Shown: one piece after another, positions 31,805-32,000 of the stretch
How positions within the stretch are numbered: position 1 is the stretch's first letter
How the letters are laid out: each line of letters begins with the position of its first letter
Origin: Acholeplasma laidlawii PG-8A
GTDB lineage: Bacteria; Bacillota_I; Bacilli_A; Acholeplasmatales; Acholeplasmataceae
Assembly (NCBI RefSeq): GCF_000018785.1
Contig: NC_010163.1
Span: 1,200,001-1,232,000 of the forward strand
Length of the DNA: 32,000 bases
Reading direction: 5' to 3'
Program-made: the position numbers and the translations under genes
Notes under the pieces: model-generated
The model's input: the letters and a program-made list of their open reading frames with translations, nothing else
What the model was told of the DNA's origin: nothing
The model's database searches: none

Positions 31805-32000
31805 CTATTTGTCTTGATAAAGCTTTTGAGGTGGTTTACCGTGGGCATCAAATATAATCTCATATTGATTATAGTACTTGGAGATATTGATAAAATCTAT
31901 AATGTTTAAACTATATAATAAACAGCTTAATATAAGTATAGGAATATTTAATGTAGTTGCAAACAACGTAAACAATATATAAACAAATTGAAACGAACTA
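31805..32000 (-). CDS. C-terminal fragment of a protein of unknown function (gene continues beyond the window)
   Basis: Open frame from the right edge, absent from the ORF track: ...YILFTLFATTLNIPILILSCLLYSLNIIDFINISKYYNQYEIIFDAHGKPPQKLYQDK*, then a terminator. Confidence 0.5.
   Translation of the reverse strand, partial: SSFQFVYILFTLFATTLNIPILILSCLLYSLNIIDFINISKYYNQYEIIFDAHGKPPQKLYQDK

Overview
AT-rich chromosomal window that looks like an Acholeplasma-type mollicute. TGA is used as a stop (pyrH/frr ATGA overlap, NERD gene) and TGG encodes Trp, so the standard code applies. Content, all housekeeping-like: (1) a complete minus-strand rRNA operon, 16S - tRNA-Ile(GAT) - tRNA-Ala(TGC) - 23S - 5S - tRNA-Asn(GTT), with two candidate promoters, a terminator and clear precursor-processing stems; (2) minus-strand ilvE-type aminotransferase - uppS - cdsA - rseP; (3) two tandem small membrane protein genes; (4) minus-strand rpsB - tsf - pyrH - frr, where rpsB has a structured leader and an unusual C-terminal extension; (5) trmFO - xerC/D-like recombinase - NUDIX - dut; (6) plus-strand aquaporin/glycerol facilitator plus a small membrane protein; (7) a FolT-like ECF S component preceded by a convincing tetrahydrofolate (THF) riboswitch with a readable expression platform; (8) a complete V/A-type ATPase operon followed by a SipW/ER-like signal peptidase and ung; (9) gapA, a divergent CYTH protein with a cre-like palindrome between them, and a NERD-domain protein. 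I found no CRISPR array, mobile element, prophage or defence island. I see no clearly new biological system. The best non-obvious signals are the THF riboswitch, the rpsB leader and S2 extension, and a few palindromes.
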